DNA of 64,000 bases from Eledone cirrhosa (taxonomy: Eukaryota): the NCBI GenBank assembly GCA_964016885.1, contig OZ024741.1, positions 286,812,001 through 286,876,000 of the forward strand. The letters are read 5' to 3'. The translations under genes were made by a program, and so were the position numbers. Every line of letters begins with the position of its first letter. Within the stretch, counting starts at the first letter, position 1. Shown here piece after piece: positions 1 through 13,478 of this stretch. Below the pieces are notes generated by a model that saw only the letters and a list, made by a program, of their open reading frames with translations, did not search any database and was not told the origin of the DNA.

Positions 1-427
1 AAAAAAAAATGTAGCTTTTTTTCCGCTCACATCTTATTGATGCAATTGAGGTAGAAAAAATGTTAATTTGATGAAAAAGATTGTTTGATGTGAGAAAACA
101 CCCCACTATATTTCCAAGATGGAGTTCAGATACGTTCTGCTAGGGTATGTCTTACCGTAACGAAGACCACTTCAAAGAAACATAACAACAGACTATTCCC
201 AGCTAAATTTGTGCTAACAGCTTAGTTTAGAAGAAACCTGTAATGCTGAGAAGAGATATAAATTTCAGAAAATGATTTTTCCAATTCTCAACAGATTTGT
301 ATACAATTCATATATGTAAGATATACCTGTAATAATATATAAACATAAAACTCACAAAACAAACATACAAATAAACAAGATTATTCATCTTTATATTTCT
401 TGAATTCTATGCATTACAATTATAAAA

Positions 428-458
<31 letters not shown>

Positions 459-674
459 GGTCTTCTTCTTCTTCTTCTTCTTCTTCTTTCTAAGAAAGTC
501 ATAGGAGCAGAGTCCTCAAACACTCTGCCAGAATTAGACATCGTTCTAGTGAGAAGCGAAACACTCCAGCAAATAAGGAGGACCGGAGGGAGATTTGGTC
601 TGGAATCAGCGTGGAAATACTTCTCCAGATCAAACCAGAAACGACTGACAATATCTCAGACCTCATATGACTTC

Positions 675-948
675 CAACATAGCGTGAGTAGATGGCTATA
701 GCTATGGAGTCCTCAACTAAGCATTCCTTGAGTTTCTTGTCCCACCACACCATGAACAGATTGGCCACATTGCCAGCGATGCTGACGCCGGCCACTCTCC
801 TCTTTTCTTGGCAATATGTTTTATTATTGACCTTACACACATGGCTCTTTAGGGTCATTTTAATACTCGTTCCCACCGCATGCGCGATCATTCTTCTCAT
901 TTGGTCGTGGTTTTCGGGTGAGGTGTGGCTCTGGTCCACTCGCTCCAT
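675..948 (-). pseudogene. Penelope-like retroelement reverse transcriptase fragment
   Basis: ORF 499..948 contains NNKTYCQ..VAGVSIAGNVANLFMVWWD..IYSRYV, matching PLE RT motifs YxQxxGxxxG..A(N/D)LFM and RYV(DD). Truncated. Confidence 0.7.
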
Positions 949-1056
949 CTTTCCATGGAGGTCATTTTGGCTATCGTGTTGGTAATTAATTATGATATAC
1001 CTATAGAAATTTGCTAGCAGCTGAAGTATATGATAACATTATATGTGTATATATAA

Positions 1057-1277
1057 GGGCGGTGGATTGGCAGTATCGGTAGAGGGTCGGACACCATGCT
1101 TTGCAGCATAGAGTTACGGCTCTTTATGATCTGAGTTCAAATCCCGCCGAGGTTAACTTTGCCTTTCATCCTTACGGGGTCGATAAAATAAAGTACCAGT
1201 CACGCACTGGGGTCGATTTAATCGACTTTCCTCTCCCCCCAAATTGCTGGCCTTGTGCCTATATAAGAAACCATTAT
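1057..1277 (+). mobile_element. tRNA-derived SINE (Meta-domain-like), dominant family in the window
   Basis: A-box-like TGGCAGTATCGG, B-box GAGTTCAAATC, central GCCTTTCATCCTTACGGGGTCGATAAAATAAAGTACCAG and (ATT)n-type tail. Other copies at about 5119-5312(+), 9318-9503(-), 17200-17355(-), 20040-20160(-), 44712-44902(-), 59360-59540(-) and 63810-64000(+). Confidence 0.9.
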
Positions 1278-1400
1278 ATGTGTATATATACAAAGTGTGT
1301 AACCGAGAATGCGCCAATATGTATAAATAGATATATACACATATCTAATATGTAGGCATGTAAACATTCCGGAAAATACAAATTTCCTTGTAAGTTGAAA

Positions 1401-1449
1401 ACACCTTTAATCGATTTTCGGATCTTTTTGGACCCTCATCAGAAGGCAT
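1401..1449 (-). ncRNA. Type I hammerhead ribozyme (family A), intact core
   Basis: Minus strand: AUGCCUU-CUGAUGA-GGGUC(CAAAAA)GAUCC-GAAA-AUCGAU-UA^AAGGUGU. Stem I 7 bp, stem II 5 bp, palindromic stem III. Confidence 0.85.
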
Positions 1450-2099
1450 GTATATCATCCAGTCAGTCACAAGGTAACACGTATTTGATGGCTATATATA
1501 CTCATTCGCTCTTAGTATTAACATCAAATATATGTATATATATATATATATACAAATACACACACACACACAGACACAGATAGACAGAAACACACTCACA
1601 CACACACACAGATAGACATACACACAGTAACTATTTGTTTCTATTAGTTTCCGCTCTTTCCAAATGTCCCCTCCTCATTTCCTACATCTACGCCTACACT
1701 GTACCTTTTTTAGTGTTATAGTCTCTTGTGTTTTTTGTTTCTATCGTTTGTTAATTTGTTTAGACAGAGCACGTGTGATCTGTCAACACACATGGCCAGG
1801 TAAGGGTGAGTTACACCAATGACACCTGTCAAATTCTAGCCAGGTGAAACGGATATCCCCAAACTAAATGACAACTTACAGCGGGAGGTGGAGGGTCTTA
1901 CAGTAGTAACAGAGATACGAGGATGCGGTAGAGGCAATATATGCAGAGTGGCTTTAACCCCCCCCCCCCCCCCCCATCTAGACTCAAAAGTTTACCATAA
2001 AAAATTATTAATACTCAGGTTAGAGGGTAAACATTATTTGGCTATTTTAACACTTCTAACACTTCTAACGCACACGCACACACACACACCCACACACAC

Positions 2100-2410
2100 A
2101 CATATTCTCACTCTGTTTTGTATATTGGCTTTCAGGGGAGATCTGTCCGTTCCAAAGAATACATTAAATTGCTGCTGGACCAGCTTGTATAAACCACAAA
2201 TATAGTAATGTTTCACACAGAAAACCTGTGCTGGAGCTTCCATTGGGTTTTGGTATCCTCTCAGATGTTGTATCTGCTATGTCCTGAAATTTAAGGATGA
2301 TCAGCGAGAAAATGAATATAAAGTTACACAAAACGTGCGTGGGGCCATTTTTTTTAGACACCCTGTATACCACCTAGACTGGGATGTAGAGTCTGACACC
2401 TCCTCCTTCA
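2100..2410 (-). mobile_element. Tc1/mariner-type transposon 5' fragment (DUF4817-like HTH)
   Basis: QVFCVKHYY..QQQFNVFFGTDRSPLKANIQN. Homologous to 6540-6785. Confidence 0.6.
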
Positions 2411-2477
2411 TACTGCATTTTCTTTGTGTGTGTGTGTATGTTTGTGCACTTTTTTATTGCTCCCTTTTCCATACCAG

Positions 2478-2621
2478 AACGGGTATCCTCCACCGCCAAC
2501 TATCTTACCCTCCACCTCCGGCCGACAGGATGGAGAATGCAGTGCCCCGAAGGACAGTGAGAGAAACGTGTTGGACAACCACTCCACCTCTCTGTGGACA
2601 GCTAACACCACTCCGATAGCA
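2478..2621 (+). CDS. Candidate host-gene internal exon, product unknown
   Basis: Polypyrimidine tract plus CAG acceptor (2475-2477) and GTGAGT donor at 2622. 144 bp GC-rich island, open in phase 0 (NGYPPPPTILPSTSGRQDG...TTPIA). Reading frame is uncertain. Confidence 0.5.
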
Positions 2622-2698
2622 GTGAGTAGGGACGTGGTCCGGAGGAGAAAAACACTGGAAGTCTCCTCTGCTACATATTATTTCATTAGGTCCACAGC

Positions 2699-2825
2699 CA
2701 GTGTCGGATTTACCATTTGGCCAGGGGTTCATCTTCCTGCCCTAAAAATCTTTTTTACTTGGCCCACGTAAGGAGCTTCATAACTTAACTAGCACAGGGC
2801 CTCATTTATCCTAAATCCGGCACAG
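2699..2825. mobile_element. hAT-type MITE
   Basis: TIRs CAGTGTCGGATTTA / TAAATCCGGCACAG. 8-bp TSD TCCACAGC / TCCTCAGC (1 mismatch). Confidence 0.65.
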
Positions 2826-2966
2826 TCCTCAGCTAATGTTTCTCCATCTCAGTTGTTTGTTGCTCGCCTCTTGTCCAGTTACTGTTGTAGAGAATTTGGA
2901 AGGCAGGGTCTCTGGGTTTTGGATCTCCGTTGGTTGTGATAATGAGTAGGTCATTTGCTCGAGCAT

Positions 2967-3064
<98 letters not shown>

Positions 3065-3306
3065 CGCATATATATGTTTATCTTATACAGAAATGACTTC
3101 TACAGGATAATATGTACCTTTCCTACTAATGTATTGAGTAATTTATTTAACTGTGGTTCCCTCCCGTTCCCCGTCGGAAAACCATTATATAAATAAATAT
3201 ATATATATATGTAGGAGGTGAGTTTTTGAAATGCGCATAATAAAATACATGGAACTCTTTTAACCATCTTTTGTTCTTATATATATATACATATATATAT
3301 ATATAT

Positions 3307-3467
3307 AACGAAGGAGTTGTGGTAAGGAACCAGATGGACCACAACGCACCAGAGTACTCAATACTTAGGGTAGTAGAGTGGGTAATAGGAAAGAGTATGA
3401 CCCCGCCCCGACGGCAGAGCTCAAGCCGTTTCTGGACTTGAGCTCTGCCGTCGGGGTCATACTCTTT

Positions 3468-3472
<5 letters not shown>
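3307..3472. mobile_element. Short (TA)n-embedded fold-back element (PLE-associated family)
   Basis: Hairpin about 3385-3472. The same family recurs at 11601-12035, 38368-38500 and 44470-44660, mostly flanked by TA runs. Confidence 0.7.
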
Positions 3473-3526
<54 letters not shown>

Positions 3527-3701
3527 CCAGGGAATGTAACGTAAAGTTACTGTAGGATAAATTTATCCAGGTGAGCACTCGATGTTTAGGTTCGGGTCAG
3601 ATTGATACAGATCGAACATTGAGCTGATCAATAGCGAAACGCGCGTCACCAATCAAGAAACGTAATGAAGGCTTAATAAATTGTCCTTGTATTATTATAT
3701 A

Positions 3702-4988
3702 CAGGGTGGGGCATAAAAACTGTTACAAAATAAAATGCAAATAGTTCTTGAAAAAAACATTTATTTCAAGATCTGACTTCAACAAATAGTAAGTAATATA
3801 CTATTAAACAACTGCACAAAAATGTATTCGAAATGTTTTCCTCTAGCTCTCACTACTACTCGAAGACTTCTAGGAAAGTCTTCGATGGCTGCACGAACAG
3901 TTTCCATGGGTATTTTCTCCCATACTTTATTCAGTTTTGATTTTAGAGTTTCAATATTTTGGCTAGGAGTAGAGCAGGCTTCACTCTCAAGAAATTGACC
4001 ATAAAGAAAAATCGAGAGGGTTGAGATCTGGTGATGTGGGAGGCCACTCTTCCTTACTGATCCATGCAGGACAATGGTCTCTACATCACTGTTGTGTTAC
4101 GCAAGCAGTGTGGCTCGTCGCTCCATCTTGTTGGAGAGTCCAAATGTCATTGCCATAAACAAATATGCACCATGGCATCAGTGCTCCTTCCAAAATATCC
4201 TTTATGCAAAGTTCTTTGTTAATGTTAACTCCTTGAGGCACAAAAATCAGAGGAGACTTCCCTCTTTCAGAAATGGCTGCCCAAACCATCACTGATGCTA
4301 ATTTCTGTGTTCTGAACACTTTTCCTACACTTGAAGGAATTGATTTGAAACTTTTTGCAAGTACTCGATCATTTTGATGATTGTGAGACTGCTGCACAGT
4401 GAATAACTTCTCATTTGTAAAGATGATGTTTTGCAGCGTGCCAGCCTTGATACGGTTCAATAACAGTTTACTTCTGGAGAGCCTCTTTTCAATTGTGGCT
4501 GCAGAAAGAAGCTGCCTCTTTTGGAACTTATAGGGTGACATCCCCAGATCATCTCGACATATCTTCCGCATAGTTCTCAGCGATGTTTCTGCTTCTTCTG
4601 CCATTTTTCTCATGGACCTTCTTGGATTACGCCTTATTTTTTCCATCACACTTTTAACGAGTTTTGGTGTTCTTTAGGTGCGAGGGCGTCCGGATTGAGG
4701 TCTGTCTTTGGTCGAGGAAGTTTCCTTAAATCGATCGATTCTTTTGATCTTAAGAATTTTCCCCAGTTTAAATATCTTAGGTGGAGTCAGGCCTTTTTCA
4801 TGCTTCTCTATAATGAACTTTCTTTTCAATTCTATGGACATTGCAAATAGTTAATGGAGTAATTTTCTGAAAAATAGTTAATATGGTTATAGTGCATGGA
4901 TTTGATACAAATATATTAGTTATATTAGCAACATAATGTATTTTTAAATTGATTTAGAACTTTGTAACAGGAATTATGCCCCACTCTG
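3702..4988 (-). mobile_element. Full-length maT/DD37D Tc1-mariner transposon with pseudogenised transposase
   Basis: Imperfect ~28-bp TIRs CAG(G/A)GTGGGGCATAA..CTGTTACAAA and TA TSDs. Transposase from ATG 4841 to about 3820: FTNEK (first D mutated to N), QQDGA, then 37 residues to the D in WPPTSPDLNPLD. Contains internal stops. Confidence 0.92.
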
Positions 4989-5689
4989 TATATATTTATT
5001 AAAATAACAGATTAAAGTTTAAGCAAAGGATCGCTGCGTTCACCATTGTATATATATTATCCTTATCGAGCCCTTTTCCGATTTTAGTCGTCACATTTAT
5101 TATTATTACTATATATATAGGGCGGTGAATTGGCAGTATCGGTAGAGGGTTGGATTATGCTTTCCAGCATAGTTACGTCCCTTTACGATCTGAGTTCAAT
5201 TCCCGCCGAGGTTAACTTTGCCTTTCATCCTTACGGGGTCGATAAAATAAAGCACCAGTAATGTACTGGGATAATTGCTGGCTTTGTGCCAAAAAGTAGA
5301 AACAATTATTACTATATATATATATACGTTTGTGTGTGTGTGTGTGTGTGTGTGAGTGAGTGTGTGTGTTTGTGTGCATGTATGTATATAAATGTACGTA
5401 TGTACGTATGTTTTTTTCTTTTAACTTACTCTTAATTTTGAGTTTATTTTTGACCGAACACCATCCTGGAGACAAGGTTGTAAAGAAAAGGAAATTTTAG
5501 TTGTCCTTTGTGCAATCGTTCATTCTTTGAATCGTAAAAATGTTTTACAGATTTTGAAGGTTCCAATTATGGCAAACATTTATAGCTTATGAATTAAGGA
5601 ACAACGTTCTTTTCCCACAAATCCATGTTATTGATTCAGGTGGATTGGTATATAATTTATATCTCCAATAAGGTTATGTATGAATTACA

Positions 5690-6785
5690 GCACATGTTCC
5701 AAGTTATCTCCATCTGAAACTATGCATTTTTTTAGGCGCATGGTGAAGTTTAGTATAACATTTTACAAACAGACCTAGGAATGGCTCTGATCTCCTCCCC
5801 TGATATTTTCCTTTAGTTCAATGATGGTCCTGAGTTTATTGACATATACCCCGTCCTTCGGATAACCCTAAAGAAAAGAATCGGGGATGGAAGCTTAAAT
5901 CAGCGCTGTTTGGGGCCTACTCAAAATCTGTCTTCAAACTGATCACACGATTTTCAAAGTTATATTTCAGCTATTCTCTTTACTCATTGGAGATGTGAGA
6001 ACGTGCTTCGTCTTTCTGGAACCAGTACTTATTCCTTAGAGATAGGTGCATTATCTATAGCTCTTTTTTGAAGTCGTCCTGGACCTACACATAGCTTTGC
6101 TTTGTGACTGGCAGTGACACCAGTTTCTTCGAATAAGGATTGGCCGATCAACCTTCTCTCAGGTGGTGCATTTAGTCGATTGGAGAGGTTTCACAGCCAC
6201 TTTAATGGGTTTCTTTGACTCCCAGAATACATTGTTCTTAGAGGTGAAAATGGGCTTCATCAAATATTATCGCAGATTCAGAAAATTTGGGTTTTCATTT
6301 TCTCCAGTATTTTCTCTGGCATAGCTATTCTGCTGGTCTTATCAGCTATAGTAAGCTTTTGTTTAGTCTGTATTCTCTAAGGGTATTTCTTAAGATCTTC
6401 TTTGACAACCATTCTGCAAGTTTCTCTTTTTGGGTTCCGTTCAACAGTCTCTCTGACCATGTCAATAACTTCCTGTGTATGCTTCTTGGGTCGTCAAGAG
6501 TGGCTGGGATGGTCCTTAGACATTGTATTGATGTTCTTCACTGTACCATAGGTTTCAAACTTCTTCACCCAGTTTTGTATATTGGCTCTGGGTGGGGATC
6601 TGTCCATTCCAAAAAATGCATGAAATTGCTGCTGTATAAGCCACACATATAATAATAGTGTTTCACAAAGAAAATCCAGTGTTGGCGCTCCCATTTGGGT
6701 TTTGATAACGTGAGTGGCGTCATTTTTTTAGCACCCTGTATACTGCTAGACTGGGGTGTAGAGTCTGAGGCTCCCTCCTTCATAC
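5690..6785 (-). mobile_element. Degenerate Tc1/mariner transposase (DUF4817 N-terminus)
   Basis: Fragments WERQHWIFFVKHYY, RANIQNWVKKFETYGTV, WFQKDEARSH, DSFLWGY..VYVNK..ELKENI. Many frameshifts and stops. Confidence 0.75.
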
Positions 6786-7079
6786 TATACTTATATTTTT
6801 CTTTTGTAATTGAATTGAATTGAAATTTGTTGAATAAAGATTATATATATATATATATATATATAGGGTGCGTCAGTTTTTTCTCTATACACAACTGAAT
6901 TAGAGAGAAAGAATACTTTAATTGAGCAATTCTATGTGGTTCTGCAGTTGCAAACTAATTGTTGGTGGTTGTCTTAGAATGTGATATATAGGAAAATCTG
7001 AAAATGATGCTACCCAAGAAATTCTAGCTCAACTTCTCGATGTTTCTATTTAAAATTGTGATATTTATGTGTATGTAGG

Positions 7080-7440
7080 AAATAATTACTTAACGAAACA
7101 GGACATTTATGTTTATGATCATGTCGTAGCCTGGGTTCAACCAAATTATGTCTCTCTTCTTGGTTATAAGGTAGATTTTTCTTTGTGTTATTTTCTCCAT
7201 ACAGCCACTTTTTGATACCCTGTTATAAGGGCCGGCGTGGTTTTAAATATCCCTGTTAGATATAGTTTTACTTATACCATACACAAACTTCTTAATTATG
7301 GCTGCGGGATTGGGTGTATCTGTATTTATATATGTATGTGGTTTCCTCGTTTTGTTTTCCATAGGGGTGGTTGCTGCCTGCAGTTATATTTAGTGTGATG
7401 TCTAAATAAGTTACCTAATCTTAGATTGATGCTTATGGTG
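7080..7440 (-). pseudogene. Penelope-like RT/thumb fragment
   Basis: Minus-strand remnants LDITLNI, PYGKQNEETTYI, PAAIIKKFV and RDIIWLNPGY (compare PLE RxIIWFNPPY). Confidence 0.65.
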
Positions 7441-7500
7441 GTATGCAAATTGTGTTCCTTAAATATGCTTGCTTATCAGATCTTTTCTAAATTTATTCAT

Positions 7501-7538
<38 letters not shown>

Positions 7539-7714
7539 GTCTATATGTAATTATATGAATATATACCTGTACATACATGAGTGTATATGTATATATAGTA
7601 TATATACAATATATATATATATATATATGCGAAAGTAAACGGAAACACCAAAGCAAGCAATACAGTACAATGAAGATATATATTAGTTTAAGGCTTGCTA
7701 TTGTAGGAAAAGAG

Positions 7715-7750
7715 TCTTAACGTTTCGGCCACTAGTCTTTCATCAGAATA
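7715..7750 (-). ncRNA. Degenerate hammerhead (family B)
   Basis: CUGAUGA-AAGACUAGUGGCC-GAAACGUU^AAGA. Element homologous to 13460-13600. Stems are partly broken. Confidence 0.55.
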
Positions 7751-7934
7751 TAAAATGAGAAATATAGGATGAAATAGAAGGATAGAGAATGAAAAGAGCA
7801 AGTGTGTGTTCAGTCAGCCATTCGACAGATTCCGTCTAACAAATTTTACTCACGAGGTATTGGTGCAGTTCAATGGGACTAAATCCGGAGTCAAGTGATT
7901 GTGTAGTGAACTCCTTGATATCATATAACATGTA

Positions 7935-8260
7935 CAGTGGTACCCCCGGCATTCTCGGTCCTGGTTATTCGCGGAATTTTCCTTAGAACCTAACTAATTA
8001 TTGTTTGTGGAAATCACCGCATATTCGCGGATTCGTAAATACCTTCCGCGATTTTTAAAATGTTTTTTTCGTGCCAATATATATTTTCTCCCTTTTTATC
8101 GCTAAATTATTAATAACAATATACCGCATTTATCGGCCTATATTTTATGTTATATTTTGACGTTTATAAGCATTTTTATGTACCACGTCCAATATTCGTG
8201 GTTTTTCACTCTTCATGGGTTCTCTAGGAACGTAATCCCCGCAAATACCGGGGACAAATG
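7935..8260. mobile_element. pogo/Tigger-type MITE
   Basis: TA TSDs and imperfect TIRs CAGTGGTACCCCCGG / CCGGGGACAAATG. A partial second copy lies inverted at 38560-38830. Confidence 0.75.
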
Positions 8261-8670
8261 TATCACAAAATAGAAAACATAAGAACTTATGTGATTTATG
8301 GTTAAAAACAAAATAAACTAAAACACTGATTAGATAGATCCATCGAATTTAGTTTTAGTTTTGACACGAGTGTTATTTGTTTTGCTATTCTTCTGGAAAA
8401 TATTTTGGAGGTTTAGAGATTTGGTCTGACACCGTTTACCTTATCTTTTATCTTTTCTGTCGGCTGCCACTCGATGAATGAATGTCACACTGCCAGTTGA
8501 ATGACACGGATAGCGGACATAGTCGTCAGAAGTGTCACTTAAACTGAATTCACCGGCTCTTTTTCTCTCCAGTCACTCCCTTCTCTCTCATTCTCTCTTT
8601 TTCTCACACGCACATACACTTTTCCTACTTTCTTTTTCCTACTCTTAGTCACCCATATATATATTTATAT

Positions 8671-8990
8671 ATATATGGCATACGTCAAAACGGCCGGTCT
8701 CAAAAGTGAAACTAATTTTTGACAGTTACGTACACGTTATAAGAGTTATTTAAATTTATATATATATAAAATAAAGGAGCAAATAAGAGCATGATATGAA
8801 GTCAGTCATGTGTGTGTGTATATATGTGTGTGTGTGTGTGTAAACGAATGTAAAAGTACACACACATACACACTTATATATGCACACATACACACTATAA
8901 TATATACACGTGTGTGTGTATATATGTGTGTGTGTGTAAAATTCTAGGAAACCTTATCTATGCCCTACATATATTCTTTTACATTCGTTT

Positions 8991-9027
<37 letters not shown>

Positions 9028-9155
9028 TGACTGACTTCATATCATGCTCTTATTTGCTCCTTTATTTTATATATATAAATTTAAATAACTCTTATAACGT
9101 GTACGTAATTGTCAAAAATTAGTTTCACTTTTGAGACCGGCCGTTTTGACGTATG

Positions 9156-9165
<10 letters not shown>
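8671..9165. repeat. Fold-back (inverted repeat) element between TA tracts
   Basis: About 8677-8850 is a near-perfect reverse complement of about 8980-9157. Confidence 0.9.
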
Positions 9166-9198
<33 letters not shown>

Positions 9199-9561
9199 TT
9201 ATCCCAGGTTCAATCGGGGGAAACCACAGTAAGTAAAGTACTCAATACAAAGCAGAGTATAAATATTTAACATAGAAATGGCTTCTACAGGACCAGAACT
9301 GTTTATATATATATATAATTGTTTCTACTATTGGCACAAGGCCAGCAATTATCTCAGTACATTACTGGTACTTTATTTTATCGACCCCGTAAGGATGAAA
9401 GGCAAAGTTAACCTCGGCGGGATTTGAACTCAGACCATAAAGGGACCTAACTCTTTGCTGCAAAGCATGGCGTCAGGCCCTCTACCGATACTGCCAATCC
9501 ACCATATATAATATATATGTGTGTGTGTGTGTGTATATATATACGTGTGTATATATACACG

Positions 9562-9593
<32 letters not shown>

Positions 9594-9671
9594 TATATAA
9601 TATATATGTGTGTGTATGTGCGTGGGTGTGTGTGATGTATGTGGTGTAATATATATATATGTGTGTGTGTG

Positions 9672-9729
<58 letters not shown>

Positions 9730-10226
9730 ATGTATGTGGTGTATGTGTGTGTATGTATCACATTTAAAATGCTGGAGAGAGCAAAAATTGCACAATACTG
9801 CACAATAAAAATGCATTTTTATTGTGCAGTATTTGAAACAACTTGTCAGCCATTAAATAAACATGTATTCATAAATCTTTGTTGTTTTCTCCAACATTTT
9901 AAATATGATCGTTACTCTGTTTATAATACGATTGTATAACTATCTCTTTTTCCATCCACTCGCATGGCTCGCTAGTCTAACAATCTATATGTATTGAACA
10001 CACTAACCTTCTCTCTACTGGCTGGTAATCTGCATAACTAATCGCTTTTCTCCTCTCCTGATTAGCTTATTTGCTTTTTATTCTGTGTATATATATATAT
10101 ATCCACAGAATAAAAAGCAAATAAGCTTTATATATATATATTTGCTCTACGGTTCTTATATATTTGATATATATTTATCCTTATCGAGCCCTCTTTGGAT
10201 TTTAGTCTTCAAATTTATTATTATTA

Positions 10227-10282
<56 letters not shown>

Positions 10283-10283
10283 T

Positions 10284-11358
10284 AAATCATGTCCTTAGAA
10301 TTATTAGATAAAATATATACCATTTCCTCTCCCAATTAGCATAATTAACCATATAAAAAATCAATTAGACCATATTTGATAAATAACCGAAAGCGACCTC
10401 TTCGCGGTGACCCCAATAGAGTATTTACATGGTGTTGAAATGTTGGGTAAATACTCTATTGGGGTCACCGCAAAGAGGCCGCTTTCGGTTATTTATCAAA
10501 TATTTCTTCATAGGAGCCTTTATTCTTATAGCCTGGTCTAATTGATTTTTTATATGGTTAATTATGCTAATTGGGAGAGGAAATGGTATATATTTTATCT
10601 AATAATTCTAAGGTCATGATTTATGATATATTGCTCTGATTATTTAATTCATTAATTCTTCATTGAGCCACAACGTGACCGGTTGCCACATATATATCTG
10701 TGACTTTATGTATATGTAAATCTTTATATTTAATAATCTCCCGTTGGGTTGAGATGCAATTGGGCGATATTGGGCTGCACTTTCTAGCAATCAGCCTACT
10801 CGCCGTAAGCAACTAATCACATTCTTTCTAACTTGACCACTGCCACGTCACGATTCTTAGCCATTTTTTAATCTATTTTTGGCGCGATCGCTTTGGAAAA
10901 TTAACTGTCCGACTGAGTTTGTCTCCCGATGAGTCTGTTACTCTAGGTTCATCCTTAACAGTAGGATATCTAAAAATACGGACGAAACCATGGTAGAGAT
11001 GTAATTACGGCATGTACACGTTTCTTCTAAGTTTAAATTTACACCTAATTGTGTATGGTTGACGGTATATTTAGTCAGTTTCTACATGCTGTTGAAATGT
11101 TGGGTAAATACTCTATTGGGGTCACCGCGAAGAGGCCGCTTTCGGTTATTTATCAAATATTTCTTCATAGGAGCCTTTATTCTTATAGCCTGGTCTAATT
11201 GATTTTTTATATGGTTAATTATGCTAATTGGGAGAGGAAATGGTATATATTTTATCTAATAATTCTAAGGACATGATTTATGATATATTGCTCTGATTAT
11301 TTAATTTATTAATTCTTCATTGAGCCACAACGTGACCGGTTGCCACATATATATCTGT

Positions 11359-11366
<8 letters not shown>
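10284..11366 (+). mobile_element. Non-coding hammerhead-bearing element: 5' inversion plus about 1.4 copies of a 657-bp monomer (family C)
   Basis: 10284-10427 is inverted against 10447-10622. Direct repeat starts at 10434 and 11091. TA tracts on both sides, no ORF. Confidence 0.85.
10921..11000 (+). ncRNA. Hammerhead (family C), core variant CCGAUGA
   Basis: GUCUC-CCGAUGA-GUCUGU...ACGGAC-GAAA-CCAUGG-UA^GAGAU. Confidence 0.7.
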
Positions 11367-11438
<72 letters not shown>

Positions 11439-11557
11439 ATCCCGGGTTCAATCGGGGGTAACCACAGTAAGGTACTCAAAACATATAGAAGTATAAATAT
11501 TTAATATAGAAATGGCTTCTACAGGACTAGAGCTGTTTCTTTCGGGAGAAATCCTCA

Positions 11558-11600
<43 letters not shown>

Positions 11601-12220
11601 GAAAAGGTTCAGGACCCCGACGGCAGAGTTCAAGCCGTTTCGATGGCTATTTCTGGACTAAATTAAATTTTTAGCGTGGTAATGAAATAGCTGAGCTTTT
11701 CAAGGGGTATATGGGCATGCGATAATGAGGTATTTCAAAAGGATTGGTCGAAATTTCTTGTAAACACAGTTAAATCTTTCATGGCGGTGGGTGGGTGGGG
11801 GGTGTTTTGAAATACCTGATTATCGCATGCTCATATATGGAATTACCCCTTGAAAAGCTCGGCTATTTCATTACCACGCTAAAAATTGAATTTAGTTCAG
11901 AAATAACCGTCGAAACGGCTTGAGCACTGCTGTCGGGGTCCTGAACCTTTTCCTATTACCCACTCTATTAGCCAAAGTATCAAGTACTCTGGTGCGTTAT
12001 GGTCCACCTGGTTCCTTACCACACTTCCTTCATTACCGTATAGCTCAGGAGTCGGTCCAGCGTACTGAGAGAAGATCTGGGCTTCGACGTAGCCAACAAA
12101 CAATTTGGCATAGTTTGGACCCATTCTGGTTCCCATCGCTACCCCAGAGAACTGTTGATAAAATTCACCCGAAAAATATAATCCATTGAGGGCGAGAACC
12201 AGCTCAACCAGACGGAGAGG
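11601..12220 (-). mobile_element. Penelope-like RT fragment joined to fold-back terminal repeat
   Basis: ELVLALNGLYFSGEFYQQFSGVAMGTRMGPNYAKLFVG (PLE RT) at about 12035-12220. Inverted arms at 11601-11740 and 11805-11952. Confidence 0.8.
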
Positions 12221-12462
12221 TCTGATCCACCGCCTTGGATCCGCTCCCCCTCTTGGACTCAACTCACCTTCCCAATTTCTCTAATACCTCGTCCATTATC
12301 ACACCCCTAGATTCTTATCGCTTTCTCTTGATCATTAGCAGATTCTCTTACAACTAATACATGCCGACTCTATATGCTCACTCCACTTTTCCCTTCACTG
12401 CTCTGTATACACACATACACACCCTTACATTAACATACTTTTGCTCATAGCTTCGTACTTAC

Positions 12463-13119
12463 ATGTATAACGGAATACTCCTATATTCTACCGGCGAAGA
12501 TTCGAAACCGAATCTGAACTTTCCCGCCTCTGGGACAATCTATCGTTGGAAGTTCTCGCCTTTGTCCTGTCAACGATGATAAATGTACATTCCATTTGAC
12601 CTGTGACCTCAACTCCTTGAGTGATGCTAACCACAGGTCAGACCATAGATCAACCTCATATATCCATCCTTCTTACTTTAGCACTTATTATAAATACAAG
12701 GACTTGGAGAACCAAAAGGGGAGAATCGAAGCAGCAGTCAAGAAGATAACTATGTAGCATCAGTAGACCTTTCATCCTATCTTTCTCTTGGCCCTTACTG
12801 GCTTACCTTCTCAGCCAGACAGCCAGCCATGCCTGCCTGACAGATTGACCATTACTACTATGAGAATAAGATAAACTAAGAATAGGCACACCCACACATA
12901 TAGTAAGTTCATGTTGTTATATTATACTCTCATCCTATTCTTCCTGCCTTATTGTATCTTCAAGACACAATACAACTCATACTATGTAGTCTTCTCTGAT
13001 ACATGGATTCCCGTTGGCCCGTAGAGCCAACAATTTAATGTAGCGACGGTTCATGTCATAAATGTTATTACTTAGTGTTCAAGTCGAATATTGTTATTAT
13101 AAAATAAACATTGTTAACA
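12463..13119 (+). mobile_element. Putative solo LTR
   Basis: TGT...ACA ends and AATAAA near the 3' end. A diverged inverted homologue lies at about 18782-19561. No TSD seen. Confidence 0.5.
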
Positions 13120-13308
13120 ACTCAATCATGGCATTATTCTTTTCATCCAAACACTCATCAAAACTAACACACAAACAATACCACTTATCACATGCACACA
13201 TACTCTTTTACTCATATATACGCACACATTTCTTCTTAGCTTCGTACGGACGTATAATAACACACACACACACCTCTTTTTACTAAACGTTTTTTTTTTT
13301 CATTTCAG

Positions 13309-13419
13309 GTAGACGCGCCCCATCATCCACTTTTTAAAAAAATAAATCATACACAAAACGCCAGCACCAACAGTTTTGCAAGAGATGTCCACATGAATGG
13401 ACCTATTATTTTTATCTAA
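13309..13419 (+). CDS. Candidate terminal exon (VDAPHHPLFKKINHTQNASTNSFARDVHMNGPIIFI*)
   Basis: Branch-like ACTAA (about 13282), poly-T tract and CATTTCAG acceptor. Phase-0 frame is open to TAA. Confidence 0.3.
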   Translation, partial: VDAPHHPLFKKINHTQNASTNSFARDVHMNGPIIFI

Positions 13420-13478
13420 AGACATATTTTCCAATTCCATCCCGCCCGTCCCCTCAATCTATTTTATTTCTCATTCTT

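Noticed and set aside
119-144. Micro-exon between AAG and GTATGT
   Set aside because: The signals are weak and expected by chance.
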